Part shown: piece by piece, positions 57,175 through 57,671 of the stretch | How the letters are laid out: each line of letters begins with the position of its first letter | Position numbering within the stretch: position 1 is the stretch's first letter | Origin: a virus | Taxonomy: Duplodnaviria > Caudoviricetes | Direction: 5' to 3' (one strand) | Length of the DNA stretch: 57,671 nucleotides | Virus record (IMG/VR): IMGVR_UViG_3300025647_000002 | Location: 1 to 57,671 of that record | The notes under the pieces: generated by a model | What the model was told of the DNA's origin: nothing | Database searches by the model: none | The model's input: the letters and a program-made list of their open reading frames with translations, nothing else | Program-made: the position numbers and the translations under genes

Positions 57175-57632
57175 TGGACAACACAGACCAGCGGGTATGG
57201 AAGTACCTGCTTGAGAATAGACAGGCTACCACCGCCGATTTGGTGCTGGAGTGTGATATAACTATTGCCCGAGCCCAAGCATACCTAGATCGTATAGGGT
57301 CACCCGACTGGCGTGAACCTGTTGAGGGTAAGAAGTTTGACACCGGCAAGGTACGGTACGATCTGGTCCCCCCAGAGATCGAGGAGGCTATAGCAAAGGT
57401 ACTGACCTTCGGTGCCAGTAAGTACGGCGACCGCAACTGGGAGCTGGGCATGGACTGGGGCCGCGTGTACGCTGCCATGCGCCGCCACCTGAGCGCCTTC
57501 TGGTCCGGTGAGAAGTATGACCCCGAGACTGGTATGCCCCACACGTGGCACGCCGCGTGCTGTATCGCTTTCTTGGTGACGTACGAGGATAGGGAGATCG
57601 GGGATGATGACCGACCTACCAAAGCAGATTGA
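57171..57632 (+). CDS. dATP/dGTP diphosphohydrolase-like (DUF5664) with N-terminal HTH-like segment
   Basis: GKKFDTGKVRYDLVP, VLTFGASKYGDRNW, AMRRH and DPETGMPHTWHAAC motifs. Confidence 0.85.
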   Translation: MMDNTDQRVWKYLLENRQATTADLVLECDITIARAQAYLDRIGSPDWREPVEGKKFDTGKVRYDLVPPEIEEAIAKVLTFGASKYGDRNWELGMDWGRVYAAMRRHLSAFWSGEKYDPETGMPHTWHAACCIAFLVTYEDREIGDDDRPTKAD

Positions 57633-57671
57633 CAGGAAGGTGCGGCGGGAGATCGCCGCCCTCACCCGATC
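57616..57671. repeat. Terminal direct repeat, right copy
   Basis: Identical to positions 1-56. Confidence 0.95.

Noticed and set aside
57171-57632. 2-aminoadenine (Z) genome pathway
   Set aside because: No PurZ/adenylosuccinate-synthetase-like gene was recognised; DUF5664 alone is insufficient.

Overview
The window is an essentially complete, circularly assembled dsDNA tailed-phage genome of about 57.6 kb. Positions 1-56 repeat exactly at 57616-57671, and one ORF reads through the join. The layout is podovirus-like. A + strand early/replication arm (about 48.9 kb through the join to 11.5 kb) carries a MoxR-like AAA ATPase/vWA module, a DUF5664-like dNTP diphosphohydrolase, dCMP deaminase, a 3'-5' exonuclease, a family A DNA polymerase, a Cas4-like nuclease, VRR-NUC, an SNF2 helicase, an SSB-like protein and a primase/DUF927. 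A - strand late arm (48.5 to 11.5 kb) carries the terminases, portal, scaffold, capsid, adaptors, tail and fibre genes, the lysis cassette and ejection proteins including a 2654-aa giant. I recognised no integrase, RNA polymerase, tRNA or CRISPR array. The host is probably an alphaproteobacterium (inference). The most notable signals are: a pseudoknotted type II hammerhead ribozyme in the AAA-ATPase leader; a small basic gene overprinted inside the giant protein; an Acb2/Tad1-like sponge candidate; a glycosyltransferase between Thr-rich collagen fibres; a solitary heme-oxygenase-like gene beside the lysis genes; duplicated swappable fibre-tip cassettes; and two non-coding control regions dense in GTWWAC, IHF-like and AGATAG motifs. 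All protein calls come from motifs read by eye, with no database searches.
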